The translations under genes and the position numbers were made by a program. A stretch of 63,675 nucleotides of DNA, counting the filler, from Choristocarpus tenellus KU-1152 (taxonomy: Eukaryota; Protista; Phaeophyceae), in the NCBI GenBank assembly GCA_964200185.2. It is 14 parts of 14 records of this genome, joined end to end, with 100 filler letters (N's around TTAATTAATTAA, not from the genome) between each part and the next. Parts side by side here need not be neighbours in the genome. Positions count along the whole stretch, not along the records: positions 48,661 to 51,912 come from CAXNAD020021250.1; positions 52,013 to 57,742 come from CAXNAD020009893.1; positions 57,843 to 63,675 come from CAXNAD020009646.1; 11 more parts are not named here. One strand, 5' to 3'. Of this stretch, positions 50,588 through 63,675 are shown in pieces (position 1 is the stretch's first letter; the number at the start of each line of letters is the position of its first letter). The notes under the pieces are model-generated. The model ran no database searches. It saw nothing but the letters and a program-made list of their open reading frames with translations, and was not told the DNA's origin.

Positions 50588-51355
50588 CTGTCCACATCAG
50601 TACTATAGAAGTTAAGGTTATCTCCATGGTTGTGCTTGAATTGGATTCGAACCACTCCAGTCATTCATTCATATGAGGAACTAACTCAGTGAACATACTA
50701 TATCCCAACAGATTGAAAACAGGTGACCAAATCACCAAATCACCAAATCACTAAAGTGGTACTCCTTTTCGTGTCCTTAGGTGTTCCTGGGCCTCTTGGT
50801 GCTACATTCCAATAATTTTGGGCTTTAAAAATCAACTGAGGTCATCAAAGAGTTTCTAAGAACTCAAAATAATGAATTGGTTTGCTGTTCTAGAATAGGG
50901 AACAGAACTGTTCTGTCATACATGACTGAAACAAAAAACCTTCTGCATATTCCCTCTTTATGTATATTTTATTTATATTTGAATAGTGCCTTTAAGTGAA
51001 AGTATTTTTATAATTGTGTGAAGCAAGTCCTCTATAGCTTGCTTGACTACCAACTTTAATTGTTATTCATGATCTCTAGTGTTGTTCTAGTGTTGTTCTA
51101 GTGTTGTGAATCGCGACAGTTTGATCTTCTCAGTTGAAGGATTTGAGAGGCAGTTGACGTCACAACTGAAAAAAGTCTGATTCCAAGCTCTGCAGCTGTT
51201 GTGTTGATAATCATAAATATTATTTCATGAACATTATTCGTTTCTTTGTTCTGTATTGTACTGTGAAGTTGAAAGCAAACCCGGTCTGTTTTGGTTGTTC
51301 TTGAGTTTGTTGTTGTGTTTGTTGTTTGTTCTTCATGTTCCCTTGTAGGTAGCTA

Positions 51356-51703
51356 CTCCCCCTGTCCCATAAGTCTGTTCCTTTATGCATGCCCCTCTTC
51401 GGGATGACCTCCAATTTCAAAACGGATTTTAGTTTTGACTTCCTCGGAAACTTTTACGGAAGAAGAGTTACATTTGAAAAAATATACCCCGATATTGTTA
51501 TGAAAATATGGAACAGAGGTTAGGCGGGCATATGGTCACAAGAAGGCACTGAATGATTTGGTGGATTGATGGTGTTGAGTGAAAACGATGAAGGTCTTCT
51601 GATGAAAAAAACGTCTAGGAATCCAATCAAAAAATATGTTTTGAAATTGGAGGTCATCTCAAAGAGTTACATACATAGGAACAGACTTACGGGACAGAGG
51701 GAG
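51356..51703. mobile_element. Stowaway-like (mariner-derived) MITE
   Basis: ~70-bp TIRs CTCCC(C/T)CTGTCCCRTAAGTCTGTTCCT...GATGACCTCCAATTTCAAAAC; TA TSD at 51354-51355 and 51704-51705. Confidence 0.92.
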
Positions 51704-52479
51704 TATTATGTTCCAAAACACAAAAGATGAGTAGCCTATGTTTCAACACGGTCCAGACCTTCCTATACTCTTCAAATGTAACTCATCTTACGTAAAATTT
51801 TCCAAGGAATCCACTGCAAAAATCTGTTTTGAAATCGGTTGTCATCCCGAAGAGATGGGTCAAAGTATCTGGGGGGGGGGGGGGGGGTTTGCGGGGGGGC
51901 GGCCGTTTGGGTNNNNNNNNNNNNNNNNNNNNNNNNNNNNNNNNNNNNNNNNNNNNTTAATTAATTAANNNNNNNNNNNNNNNNNNNNNNNNNNNNNNNN
52001 NNNNNNNNNNNNCGATACACGTTCTTCTAATTTATTTGCTAAAGCATTAGCTACTATTACCCCCCCCACATACTTTTAGCCTTTATTAATGCATTTAGTC
52101 GCGCAAACGCAAAGGAAGACCGGGGCAGACAGAGCTCTACTTATAATAATAGCAAATAATGTACATTAAAATATCATGTACCATGTTTCAAGAAATAACT
52201 ATGACCTGGTTGGTAGAATACAATGCTGATCAAAGGGTCGGCCAGGGAATAGTGAGATCTACCTGGGCTGGTCGTAGCCTTCAGAAAGTGTCAATTGACC
52301 AGATTGTACCCACAAACCAGCACCCCTGGGCCAGCCCAGTGTAAAGTTACTCCAAATGATACTTGCAGGTATCATTATGGGAAATAAGTAGATGTTGACA
52401 AAAAATGCGGATCACTGCTTTACATATGAGGGTGTGACAATGACGCTACCTACTTACTCCAGAGTACCTATCTACCCAC

Positions 52480-52690
52480 CCAGATCATGGTTGAGGGATG
52501 GAGTATAAGGACAACAAACCAACACAGATGGTATGAGTGTGTGGTTGGTTGATGGTACAAAGAGCTTCATGGGCAATTGACATGTTAGGGAAGCTGTGAT
52601 AGCTGACGCACATCATTCTAAAGCAGTGGCTAAGGCGGCTCAAGCAGATAAGGGCACATACACCATCTCCACTGCCTGCTAACTGTTGAA
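52480..52690 (+). mobile_element. Decayed LINE 3' fragment related to 19930-20110
   Basis: Shared ATGAGTGTGTGG...ATGGTACAA...AAGCTG...AAAGCAG..GCTAAGG...CTGCT blocks. Confidence 0.5.
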
Positions 52691-53449
52691 GCTTTTCCCG
52701 TCCGCTGGCTCTCTCTTATTCTTGGTTGTTGACTATCTTGTGTTCCTTTCTCCTTTGTATGACATGCGATGAATTGTGGTATTTTGGAATGGATGTACCC
52801 TATGTGACACGAAAATTATTTTTCTTCATACCATTTCCCAATAGGACCTGGCGATGTATGACGACACTCATGATGTCCTATCCTAAGTATTGAGTGTTGG
52901 TGCATTCGCTTAGGTTTTGTATTTGTTGCGCTTTGTAGCTACGCTGAAGTCTTTGTCCTTCTCTTTCTCAGTTTCTTCCTTTTTGTCCTTTACTGCCTAA
53001 TAATTGTCTAATAATTGTCTTCTATGCTGTATTAATTTTCTCAAGCATTGCAAATTTCCTTCCTCTGCATTTCGAAGTACTAAATTTGACTCGTCACAGT
53101 GATTTTGTTTGGGGTCTCTATAATTTTACGAGTCTAGGAAGCTTGCAAAAAATGAAAATAGTGGCCCGTGCCACCACCAAAAAGGGTTCTTTGCGTGGTT
53201 GAAAAACCTTTGCTTCACTCAGCAATATTTGTTGTCACTGCCAGTTGAAAATTCAGAATGAAACCTCTTTTTTCATGGACACTGGAGACAAGATGGAGAG
53301 TTTTTTTTTTTTGTTTTTAGCATTTAAGTGAGCATTAGTTGCATGGTCTACCCATTCTATTTGCCTACATATATTCCTTATTGCTACTCATCATACCCTT
53401 TCATGAGAACGAACCCGAGTCATAACAACATCTATGTTTTCACCCTTTT

Positions 53450-54010
53450 GCAGGACTTTTTACCAGACAGGGTAAACGTGATAGGACTGGTCCAGGGTCT
53501 GGCCTAGGTGAAATATTATTGTATATTCCTGGGCCATCATAGAGAATAACCAAACTGGAAGGTGGACCGACCCTCGTTAAATATGTCGTGTAAGACCGGG
53601 TCAGATTGGACTGCGCCGGTCTTAGTGAAATATGTATTTGGAGGGTCAGACCAGGGCCATCAAGATTGTGACGGGATCAACCTGTGGACACTCGTCACTC
53701 ACTAACACTCACTAGGATTTTTTGATTTTGATTATATTTTGAATAGATTTCACATTTCTACTGTTGTAGCAGGTTTTTCATGGTCCAATTTCCGTAGTAT
53801 GACAGTGCTGCCACAAAAATTTCGGAATGCCATGTATTGCTTTGAGGTATGATTTAACAGGACCGGTCCAGGGTCATCAGAGAGTATAACCGGACGGGGT
53901 CATGGGCTGACCCAGGAAAATGTGTCTTAATTGGGCTGGACTGGGGCCATTGAGATTGTAACGGGACCAGTGGTCGGTGGCCCTGGACCAGGCAGTTGGT
54001 TCGGTTAACT
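53450..54010. repeat. GGACCGGTCC/GACCAG-rich dispersed repeat (probable DNA-transposon subterminal region)
   Basis: TTAACAGGACC...AGAGAGTATAACC shared with ~45210-45330; related tracts at 33840, 37830 and 52230. Confidence 0.55.
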
Positions 54011-54147
54011 GCTATCCCAGCGTAAGGCCCTGTTTTCCTTTGTTGCATCTCTGCATCTTAGATTTTTGTCAGATATGTTCTACATTTCTGCCCTATTTTT
54101 TTTTATGTTGCCTTTCTGACCACAGGTCCAAGCAGTTTTTATGTAAT

Positions 54148-54270
54148 TGCATGTCGTATGCCTCTTCTTACTCCATGACAATACCTACAAGATGTTCAAG
54201 CATCACTGCATGTCGTATGCCTCTTCTTACTCCATGACAATACCTACAAGATGTTCAAGCATCACTGCAT
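54148..54270. repeat. Perfect 59-bp tandem duplication
   Basis: TGCATGTCGTATGCCTCTTCTTACTCCATGACAATACCTACAAGATGTTCAAGCATCAC occurs twice. Confidence 0.95.
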
Positions 54271-56528
54271 TATACACCGTACTAATGTCAGGCAATCAAT
54301 CAACCAATCAATGCTATATAGGCTCTCAATCCAGCAAAGGGCGAAAAAGGGTCTCATACCCATCATATAGATCCCAACGGGGGTGGTTACGATTGCCTCA
54401 AATGTGTCCCCATTTGTCAGCACAACTGAAAGCTAGTTTTCAACTTAATAGGGCATCCTACCTTGAAACTGAATCATTGCATCGTACTGAGATCAGTCTG
54501 GCTTCGGATTTGATTTATGGGTACTGCTTAACCAACTGGAGGTGGTGTCCAATCCACCCCTTAGGACCGCATTGGTGCATCTGGTGGTTAATACACTGGC
54601 CACTGATGACCTGCTTCCAATAGTCGCTAGGAGCGACACCAAGCGAAATATGGACATTGTGGAAACCACCTTCAATACCAACCTACTTGAAGCTGAAAAT
54701 ACATTTTTCGCAAACTGTGTGGTGACAGCAGTCTAGGATGACTGGCATGATGCATGGAGATTATTGAGGGCACACCTCCTTGGCACTGGTGCTGGCGCAT
54801 ACACTCAAAATCGATTGGCTGGTACCCCTAGTACCTACTGGACGTTCCCTTCTTCCTGTGTTCCATTTCTCTATTTTTTTTGTTTTGTGTTGTACGAAGT
54901 ATATATTTTGTTCATTTATGCATTTCATTACATTTCTGTTTTATGTGAGCTCCCTTTCGTATTGCCTTGACTACGGATCTGAGCATGTTGTATGTTGCTT
55001 CCTTCTCCATGATTACATCTGCAAAAATGTTTTGTTAAGCATACATCAAGCTAATCTGCACAAGAGAGTCGGACCAATTGAGAGGTCGCCAGGTTTGCAC
55101 CATATTGCATTCTAAATTATCTTACCCCCTCCCATACACTCTATTTCATTGCTCAATATGTAAGATAACCAACACAAAATTGATATTCCCCCCTTCCACA
55201 AACAAAGTGACACCATAATTAAGCAGGGGATCTTTCTCCAATTGCACAAAGTAACGTCTTTTTTCCCTTTTTTCAGGATACTTAAAGTTCAGTCCTGCTT
55301 ACCTCTCAATTGGTTTGCCTCACAAACTAATGAATCAATCAAGTGATCACTCTCCTCCTATAATGTGTCAGCTTGACGTGTCATACCTCATGATGCTCTC
55401 ACATTATGGGTATCAGTTCTCAACCTCATGTGTGTGCTCACATCAAGCACATGCTCCTACCTCTTTGGGTCATGCATATTGTTGTGTGATATCATGGGAA
55501 AAATTCCGCCTTCAACCCATGTGTTTTTGTACTCGAGTTCATGTCAAACTGATTGGAGGATAGGAAAGAGCAGGTTGAGTCAATAGCTCAGAAGGCTGGT
55601 TTTGCAGTCTCTCTTGATCGGTCTTTGCATGTCAGTCGTGTTCCAGGACAAGGCCAGGAGTGGGGAGCGGCCAATTAAAGGTGTTCAAATAGAACCTACA
55701 GAATGGGAACATGTATTCTTGGGGGATCTTGGTCGTGCTTTCGTGTCGGGCTACAATACCAACACACAGTCGGATCCTTTCCTCCGCCTCCAACTAACTC
55801 GCCTACAGTTGTGTACTTGTATGCTATTTGATCTTAGTGATCTCCCCATACAACATCTCCTGATAAGAATATACAACGATTGTTCTCCACTCTATTCTAA
55901 GTACATCAAGTGAAAAACTAACAAGTGGATCTTTACTTCTTTGTATGACAGTGTCTTATTTACTGTTGTAAAATTGTAACACATGTTGCGTGCCCAAGTG
56001 CAAAATAATTGCTGTGCACACTAATTGACACACACTCATTCTCATGCCTCTTCTTTTCCCTGTGCCCTAGGTGCGTATGCCACAGTGGCTTGCTCTGGTC
56101 CTTCCCAGAAAAGCCAATTTGTAGGCATTTGCGCCAGTCTGGCAATTTTAATCAGATTGATTCGATTATTGCTCTCAAAACTCAATTTGTCTTGGCATAG
56201 GAGCACAGCTTAGTCTGGAAGGACCGGCATTTTGTTGATGTCAACTCATTAGACGGTCCCTGCTAAGTTGGACCCCATACAGTACATTATGGTTTTGCAT
56301 TCAGTTACATCCAGATCAAGTAGCCCTGTCGTCTCTTACTTCACTGAATGAACCTTGCCTGACCGAGTAACCTAGCTAACGCGTATTTCCACTGAACATT
56401 GCTACATACCCTCTACCCAACAGGTGACGGGATTGTGCAGATAACATTAAACTCTCAATTGCTTCTGTCATAATCAGGATAAACAGTAAATACATGTAAC
56501 TGAGAGAAAAAGCTTTAGACAGCCAGAC

Positions 56529-56806
56529 GAGTGCAAGTATCTTAGGGTTAGGGTACGAGTTTTGCCCTGTTTGTCCATTTGAGACTTGGATCCCATGGTT
56601 TTTTTAATGACATTTTCCTACTCCAAAGTGTTTAGGATTAGGTCAAATTTGTAAGTTATGAAAAGGTATACCTTATGAAAGTGTGTCCGAAACATAGATA
56701 TTGACACTTCCTAACAAACACAACAGCCAAAATTGCATCAAAATCGCTACATTGAATTTTGACTCCCAAATGAACGCGGCTCTACCCCTCTAATATACTT
56801 TGGCTC
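56529..56806. mobile_element. Complete Sola-like MITE family B (278 bp)
   Basis: GAG...CTC termini (GAGTGCAAGTATCTTAG / CTAATATACTTTGGCTC); 4-bp TSD AGAC (56525-56528, 56807-56810). Confidence 0.9.
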
Positions 56807-57842
56807 AGACACCAAGCTGCAGGTTAAGAAAAGGACATGTAGAGAGACTAGCCTGTCGAGGCTGCATGAAAGGGTAGCAACACAAAGGCATATTGGAGGA
56901 TAACTAGGACATAGACTTCAAATTCAACCACTAGTGAAATACATAAGCTCCTGCCCACTCTATTGGGTAGTAGAGCGTGGAGCAAAATCGTTTCAGATTT
57001 TCAAAAAAAGAAGAAGACAGAATGGCGTTCTGGGTATAGCTTTGAGGAGCAATGCATGTACTAGGTGTGCATGCTTGCCGCTCACGTAAGAATGCACACC
57101 AGTATTGTGTTTGTCGACCAGAGGGATCAACTCCTTCCAACCACTCACAATATGTACACCTTCAAGGCAGTAAAGATAGGTGCAAGTTCACCAATCTCAA
57201 GTGTTGCCTCTAACGTCTTGTGCTGCAAGGATGATGGTTCTATTCTCTGCATTATCAGATTTTCTTGATCAAGTTCAGCTGTGAGTAGCATTACCTGCCT
57301 CAACGAAATGGCATTTTCCGACCATCCAATTACCTTGATTCAAGAGTAGGCTGGAGGAGACAAGGAGATGAAGTTTGCCGTAGTAGTAGTTGGTTGCTAT
57401 AGAGTGTAGGAGGCACGGCCAATCAATCACATGGAATATGGAATGACGGATTACTCCATCAACATCTTAGCACACACAGGGCTATACTCGACATTGGAAC
57501 CCATTTACAGTTGTTTCAAGTGAAATCAGCCAACAGTTGCACCAAACAAAAACAATTGTAGGGGCGAATGCAGTCCCAGTTTATCTCCTGCAAAACTTCA
57601 GGTTCCACACAATGGATACACATCACCAAACATACTTAGTATTTTTTTGCCCAGCCCCAGAGTGTAGACGGCCTCTACTCGGTTCTAGGAGAGTAATGAC
57701 CCAAAGTATCTGGGGGGGGGGGGGTCTACACCAGGGTGTCCANNNNNNNNNNNNNNNNNNNNNNNNNNNNNNNNNNNNNNNNNNNNTTAATTAATTAANN
57801 NNNNNNNNNNNNNNNNNNNNNNNNNNNNNNNNNNNNNNNNNN

Positions 57843-58933
57843 CTGTATGGCACTGCTCCTCTGCACTCCGCAGTTGGCATCAGCAGCAGGTGGGATAGGT
57901 GTGGGGGGGGGCTGGGAGGGGGCCAACAAAGGTGGCTACCAAGTCAATAATGATAGCTGTCTCGACACAGGCAAAGAAACTTCCTGCAGGGAGTGCAACA
58001 CCACCACCAACCACTGCAACTGAAGCATTGGACCTAGCTTTTGCACGGTTTGCAGCTTATGTCGCTCATCTCCTAGACACGTCAGGGGTAGGTGGGGGAG
58101 AGGAGGATGCATTGGGCTGTCTTAACCAGGCTAGACTCCTTGGAAAAATGGCCTGGGCCACCTCAAGCTGTGTAGTGATCCCTACCTCAGGGCTCATTGG
58201 CCTTCCACTAGCCAGGGCCATGGTGTCAACAGTCTGTGCCCACATAGCCTACTCATTCTTAAAGTTCACCATTGGTAGTGTCGCCTTGAACATCACAACT
58301 TTGCCACATCCACAGTCCACTGGGTCAGGGGGTACTGGTGCAGGACCTGGAACAAAGGTAGGACAAGGACCCAGCGCAGTAGTGAAGGCAGCCAGTGCTG
58401 GGTTGGGTTGCAGTGGTAAAAATGTCAGCAGTGGGTTGACGACTTTGAAGGTGGGAGGGAGGCAGCGGCAGGCACAAAGGCGGCCATTGAAGAGGTTTTC
58501 TGCTTCGAAGCATGAGCATTTCCTTGTAGTAATGAAAACAGGCTCGGATGGATGTGGGACACCGATGGTAGCTCGTCGGCTGGGAACAATTCCTCCATTG
58601 TGGCTTGTGATCATGACCATGGCCGGGGGGCCAGCTGTTGGAACATTGGTGGCAATTGTGGCTAGCAGGGGACATCTAGATGATGAAGCAGCCCGTGGGG
58701 CACTCTTTAGGGGTGTTGTAGCTTGTACACTGTTTGCAGGGGGGCTAAGCCTGGGGGGCAAGGGCGCAGTTTTCGCGGCGCGGTGGGCTGGATTACAGGC
58801 TGCTATTGGGATGCTATGTGCACGGATTCTAAGCCCAGCATCTTTGCTATTCTTGTACCTCATCCGTGCTGCAACAACCCCTAGAATGGAATCTAGAACG
58901 GAATCTAGAACGGAATCAAGTAAGGAAGGATGA
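57843..58933 (+). CDS. Hypothetical protein, long exon (5' part in gap)
   Basis: >1 kb stop-free, G-rich frame with helical-looking segments (ALDLAFARFAAYVAHLLD); possible donor GTAAGG at 58920. Confidence 0.5.
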
Positions 58934-59569
58934 TGGGGTAGATGCTGCCATGATATGGAAACAGATTTTCTGAAATCGTTACTTTAAAAACAGATCAAAT
59001 CAACCTTCAAAATGTTTGAATGCTTTGTGCACAAAAAAATTGGGAGTAAGAATTTTTTCCATCCTGTACTTCTATGCTTGTAGAGTCTCGTGAACTTGGG
59101 ATGTAAGATTCAAGTTATCATCCCAGAATGGATATCCTTGCAAATACTACCAATGATGAGGGGTGTAGTCTTTGTGTCAATGTACTGCACATTGCTCACA
59201 TTAAACAGGGTCAATTTTCACTTTCACCATGGTTTTAAGACACACACATAGCTGTGCCAAACTTGCAGCACCTGTGATATTTACAACATTGCCTCCATGA
59301 AGGACTGAACTTTTCAAGACCCCTTTTCATACGCTCCTGATGAGGAAAGCTCCATGAGCCCCAGTGTGACAGCCAATGCTCCCATCTGTGCCAACATCAA
59401 GTTACACTTCTCCTTCCAAGCTTGAGCAGCTGACCTCAGACAGAGGACAGGGAACAGTAGTATGGAATGTCAGCCAACTGCTCATCCTTCTAAAGCACCT
59501 GGTAACCTGCATCGGCAGTGTGCGTATTCGTGATGGACCTCAACTCTTGGGTCCTCCAAGATCCTCCCT

Positions 59570-61849
59570 TCAACTCTCATGCTTTGCTTCCCCTAGTGCA
59601 TGCGATTTTGTATCCACTGTCTTAAAGGACTGTGAGGAGAGGAAAATATTCCAAAAGAATCCCAATACATTTGCGTAGAGAACCTATACAAGCATAGGAA
59701 AGGGTGGAAGGGGGAGGAAAGGGTGGAGGGTAATTTCTAGGCAAAGAGCGTGAGAGATACTAGGGGTTCAGAAATCCCTGAATCCAGTTCAATTAATCTC
59801 AAGCCTTGAAAATGACATGACTTAAGAATAACAAGCAACACAACCACTCTCATTACACTTGCCTGTCACTAAGAACTTCACGACCCTCCTGCCATGTCAT
59901 ACCCATGTTATGTACATTGGAAGACTATTCTCATTAAAGTGCTCTCTAATGCCAGCTCAAAGCAATATACTTCAAAGCAAACCCTCCTTTCAATCATACA
60001 CAATAGTGTGCATTCTTCTCTCATATGTGAAACCATACCATGGCATTCATATGCTTTTAATTTTATCTGAACAGCCAAATGCTAATTTTCCTATTTTCCA
60101 CTATCGCAAACTAAAACGCCACAAGGTCACCCTCCCCTACCTGATACATTGGAGGCACAAGCCTGAAGTTCACCACTTGAGCAGGCATCCAGTAGCCCCA
60201 ATTGCTTACAAGAGTGGGCCAAAAGTCACGCCTCAGCTTGTCAGGAATCTGAAGGTCAGTAAGGCATTGTAAAAGCCCATACGCAGATGTGTAGCAAGGT
60301 AATCCAATTGTTTCAATCGAGGGGACAAAGGGGTGGGTGAGAGTGAGTGACTACTTCAAATCTGGGAGCAGGAAAGGGAGAGATGATGGGGGAAAGGGAG
60401 AAGGGAGATGGATTCTGCAGTAAGTTGACAAATATAAGCAGAGGATTAGTTTTCCCTTTGCGAAAAAGCAAGGGTGCCCGCAAACAACACAGTTCCAACT
60501 CTAAAATCAAATACAACCTGGAATCGTCGAGGCCCTCATTCATCTCTAACCTTTGCCACCTTGCCGTCAAGTAGCATGACACTTGAGAAGAACGCCACCA
60601 TTAGAGCAGGTGAGAAAATGAACTGATCCACGGCCAAACGTTTGGCCACGCTGGGAGCAAGTGTGCCCGGAATCCTTTTCACCAGCAATGCGTACCAGTA
60701 ATGTAGGGCGGGGGCGACCAAGGCCGCTCCAAGAAAGGAGAACCTTGCGCAACGTCCCCAGTCTATCTGAAATAGTGCCAACGAAAACTCACCCCTTTTC
60801 GCTGAGGCCATCCTCTGTTTTTCGATTCCAATAATTCCATCACCTTCAGAGACATCAATTCCATTGCCATCTTCGTTCCCTATCCACCCTCTCTGATCTG
60901 CGTATTTGCTGTCATCAATTTTAACATTGTCATAGGTGCCTGGGTGTCCTCTATCATGAAGTACCCAAGCCTCTAGGATCTGGCAAGTGACGTCTCCAGC
61001 GCAAGCAATCGCAGCTGACGTAAGTGCTTTCGTTAACAGTGGTCTAGACTCCAAGAGGGATGTATAGAGTCTTGATATGCGCATCAGGCGACTCGTAGAA
61101 GGCATGGTCGGAGGAGGGGGCGAGGCTTGGTCACCAAGGCATCTCCAATTACTTCTCCTTACCCCGCATCGTTTCAGGCAAGATGTGGGCAACAGTTTAC
61201 TTCTCCACGCAGACCCTGCTATAAATAGGAAAAAGGTAAGAGTGAAAGGGATTCGAGTCTCGAGAGGAACCTCATGGTCATTCGACGCCTTCGTTACTCG
61301 ATGCATGTTTTGCAATCCTCCCAAACCATCGTTGCATTTGAATTTAGGACAATAAAGAAGGGATACCACGGGTTTATCAAACGACCTACATACCTCGAGA
61401 TAGGCAATATGCCCTCCTACCATAGACAAGCATATAGGTTCCTTATTTCAATGCTCCAACAAGGATGGTCAATAGTCCCTTAATTCCATACATGGACACG
61501 TTTTGAAGTTGCGGTGGTCGGACGGACGCGTGTCGGGTATCCACACACCTCTATCTTACAATAAATACCTTCTCTCATATTCAATTTTCAATTTCTTTCC
61601 ACTCTCATTGTCATGCTTTTTAGGGGTGTTGCGGAGAGATAGCAACCATGCAATACCACAGGAAGGAGGATGAGGGTATTTAAAATCTGACCGTTGCGCC
61701 ATTTGGAGGCTGTACGGTGGCCTTAATTGCAAGATGCTCGCTGCTTCAGTGGCTGAACGTTTGAGATTCAAGTCCTTGGCTCGAAAAAAGAGGGCGGACG
61801 TCGAACTGCTACCGACGTGTACCTTCAAAATCACGATTGCGAGTGCCAT
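59570..61849 (-). CDS. Mpv17/PMP22 family membrane protein (exons 59683-59570, 60248-60141, ~61218-60551, and a probable 5' exon ~61849-61657)
   Basis: YTSLLESRPLLTKALTSA...GDVTCQ; DWGRCARF...HYWY...KRLAVDQFIFSP; KLRRDFWPTLVSNWGYWMPAQVVNFRLVP; VLYANVLGFFWNIFLS. Splice phases are consistent; the N-terminus is uncertain. Confidence 0.93.
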
Positions 61850-63675
61850 TGCAAGACGAAAGCAGGGATGGAGCCAGAGTGTGAGTGGGGTGCTGTCTGG
61901 GAAATGTAATTTAACCTCTATGAAGTATGTGTCGCCTCTGTTGGTGCCTTGTTCCAGAATCATCCAACAAGGTCCTCTCGCAAATTCAACTGTCCCTGTA
62001 ATATGGACAGTGAAGACGCAGCAGATGGTAACCTGCGCACTTTAGAGCAGCTCTGGACCCTCTCCTACAAAATTCCACCAACAATCCCGACATACCCTAG
62101 CCATACATCCACAGGAGGACGAAGTTCGTCGCGTGTTCTGTGTTGTGTACGGAACCCTTGGAGGGTTGAGGGGATGGGGTGGGAAAGCAGGGGGAGGAGA
62201 GGATGAGGAGGAGCTTGGGTCTTGCAAACCAATCCAGGGTACAGACCTCGGTGACCATCGCGAATGGCGATTCGATGTCCCAGTACAGGTAACTGAGCAT
62301 CTCTTCCATCTGCCCATTCTATGTAATACAGAGTTTTTGTAGACGATGGAAATCTCGGTCTCAAAACTTTCAGGGCTTAGTTGCCTTCATGAAGCCTGTT
62401 AAGAGAACTATTACCATTAAATCACGCCTCATGGAGTGTACGTAGAGGTCAAGACCGAGGGTGACTATTGTCTAAGTGACAACAACCACCACTACTGTCG
62501 AGTATTCAGTGCGTACATGACGGCACTGCGCCTCTGACGAAGCTGTAGACGACGAAGCTGTAGACGGTCCCCCTAACAATTACGTTGTCCAATGGTGATC
62601 TGGTGCGAAACTCGTGAGAGCACAATTGTTGCCATGCAATGTTGAAGTTTTTTTGTTTGGTCAGAGTAAAGATTGGGATTGGGGTTTGAATATTGTGCAC
62701 TAGTGTTCTCGAGGTCTTGATCTTAGATGTTATAGGTACACTGCAGCCTGCACTGTGGAGAACGGTGGAAATTGAGTCATGTGCTGCGCCGTGAGGTCCC
62801 TTTTTGCAAGAGGATGTCTCTCGTTTTCTCGTTTTCCAGACAGGTTGTCTTATCTTGGGACAGCCAAAAGGAAGTAATCGCAGTTGCCATGAGTTGTTGA
62901 TGATCGCATTCAAGGGGTGGGACTAGAGCAGCAACTGATATGATAGAAGGACAGTCAGCAGTGTCCTAGTGATGCTGCAATGGTAGTGATCAGAGGATTA
63001 GGGCAAGTGCCTCCGTATCCCACGTGTAGAGTTACTTTCAATGCAATTTATTTCCTTCTTACTGTATCACCACAGTCACAACCTTCTTTGACGTTTATGG
63101 GTTCTCCCTAAACCATTCACTCCCCTCAAGGACACAAAGCAAACATCAAATGATTGTGTAGAATGGCACGAGCGTGGACATGTGGACACAGAAATAGCAC
63201 AGTGTGAACGTGAGCACAACATGTGCACGCATGCACACACACACACACACAAAAGATAGACCAGCACACATGTATGATACTAATACTAATACTACTATTA
63301 ATATTTTACTCAGGTATCAGCAGATTGTGGTCTAAGAATAGAGGTTTGGGAATACAGTCCATTGTCAGGAAATACTCTGGTGGCCACTGCCTCCATCTCC
63401 AATGCCGAGTCCCTTGTCCCAGATACCTCTTCCTCAGCTGCACTTCCCTGCAGAGCTACACTTCCCCTTCAGGTGCGGGTCATTCAACAGTAGTTATGCT
63501 TTCCCAAGGAATCCATCTCCTCCCACATGGAGTGCATCATTGTTGAGGCTGTCTTGATGTCTTCTGAGCATTCATCAGAGGGCTTGCCCTAATCTCATCC
63601 TCCTAGTTGTGCCCCCCAGATGGAATTCCTGATTATTTAGATATCGATAGTGATGATGATGGGGTGCCTGATAAT

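Noticed and set aside
59376-59678. Plus-strand 100-aa ORF
   Set aside because: Overlaps the clearly conserved last Mpv17 exon on the minus strand.

Overview
Eukaryotic, intron-containing, transposon-rich DNA. It is probably from a photosynthetic stramenopile (brown-alga-like); this is inferred from TTAGGG repeats, a signal-peptide-bearing plastid-type SDR and a ciliary CCDC13 homologue. The window is 14 contigs of about 3-7 kb joined by 13 artificial 100-nt linkers (N44-TTAATTAATTAA-N44), so adjacency across linkers is not reliable. Host genes that could be read: an NAD(P)-binding atypical SDR (two exons), CCDC13-like exons, a large low-complexity exon with a CW zinc finger, an Mpv17/PMP22 gene, and several hypothetical genes. 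Mobile DNA: nested and solo Ty1/copia elements with half-tRNA-Met primer sites, a plant/oomycete-type mariner plus a Stowaway-like MITE, two abundant Sola-like MITE families with 4-bp TSDs, LINE 3' ends and hAT remnants. The most unusual locus (4572-7585) is an intron-containing ParB/Srx-fold gene (DGNHR motif, hidden from the ORF track by a frameshift). It is arranged divergently from a second acidic-tailed ORF, and between them lies a tandem array of ~270-bp units carrying an imperfect ~29-bp palindrome. There is also a telomere-repeat-creating micro-insertion inside a MITE and signs of CpG decay in TEs.
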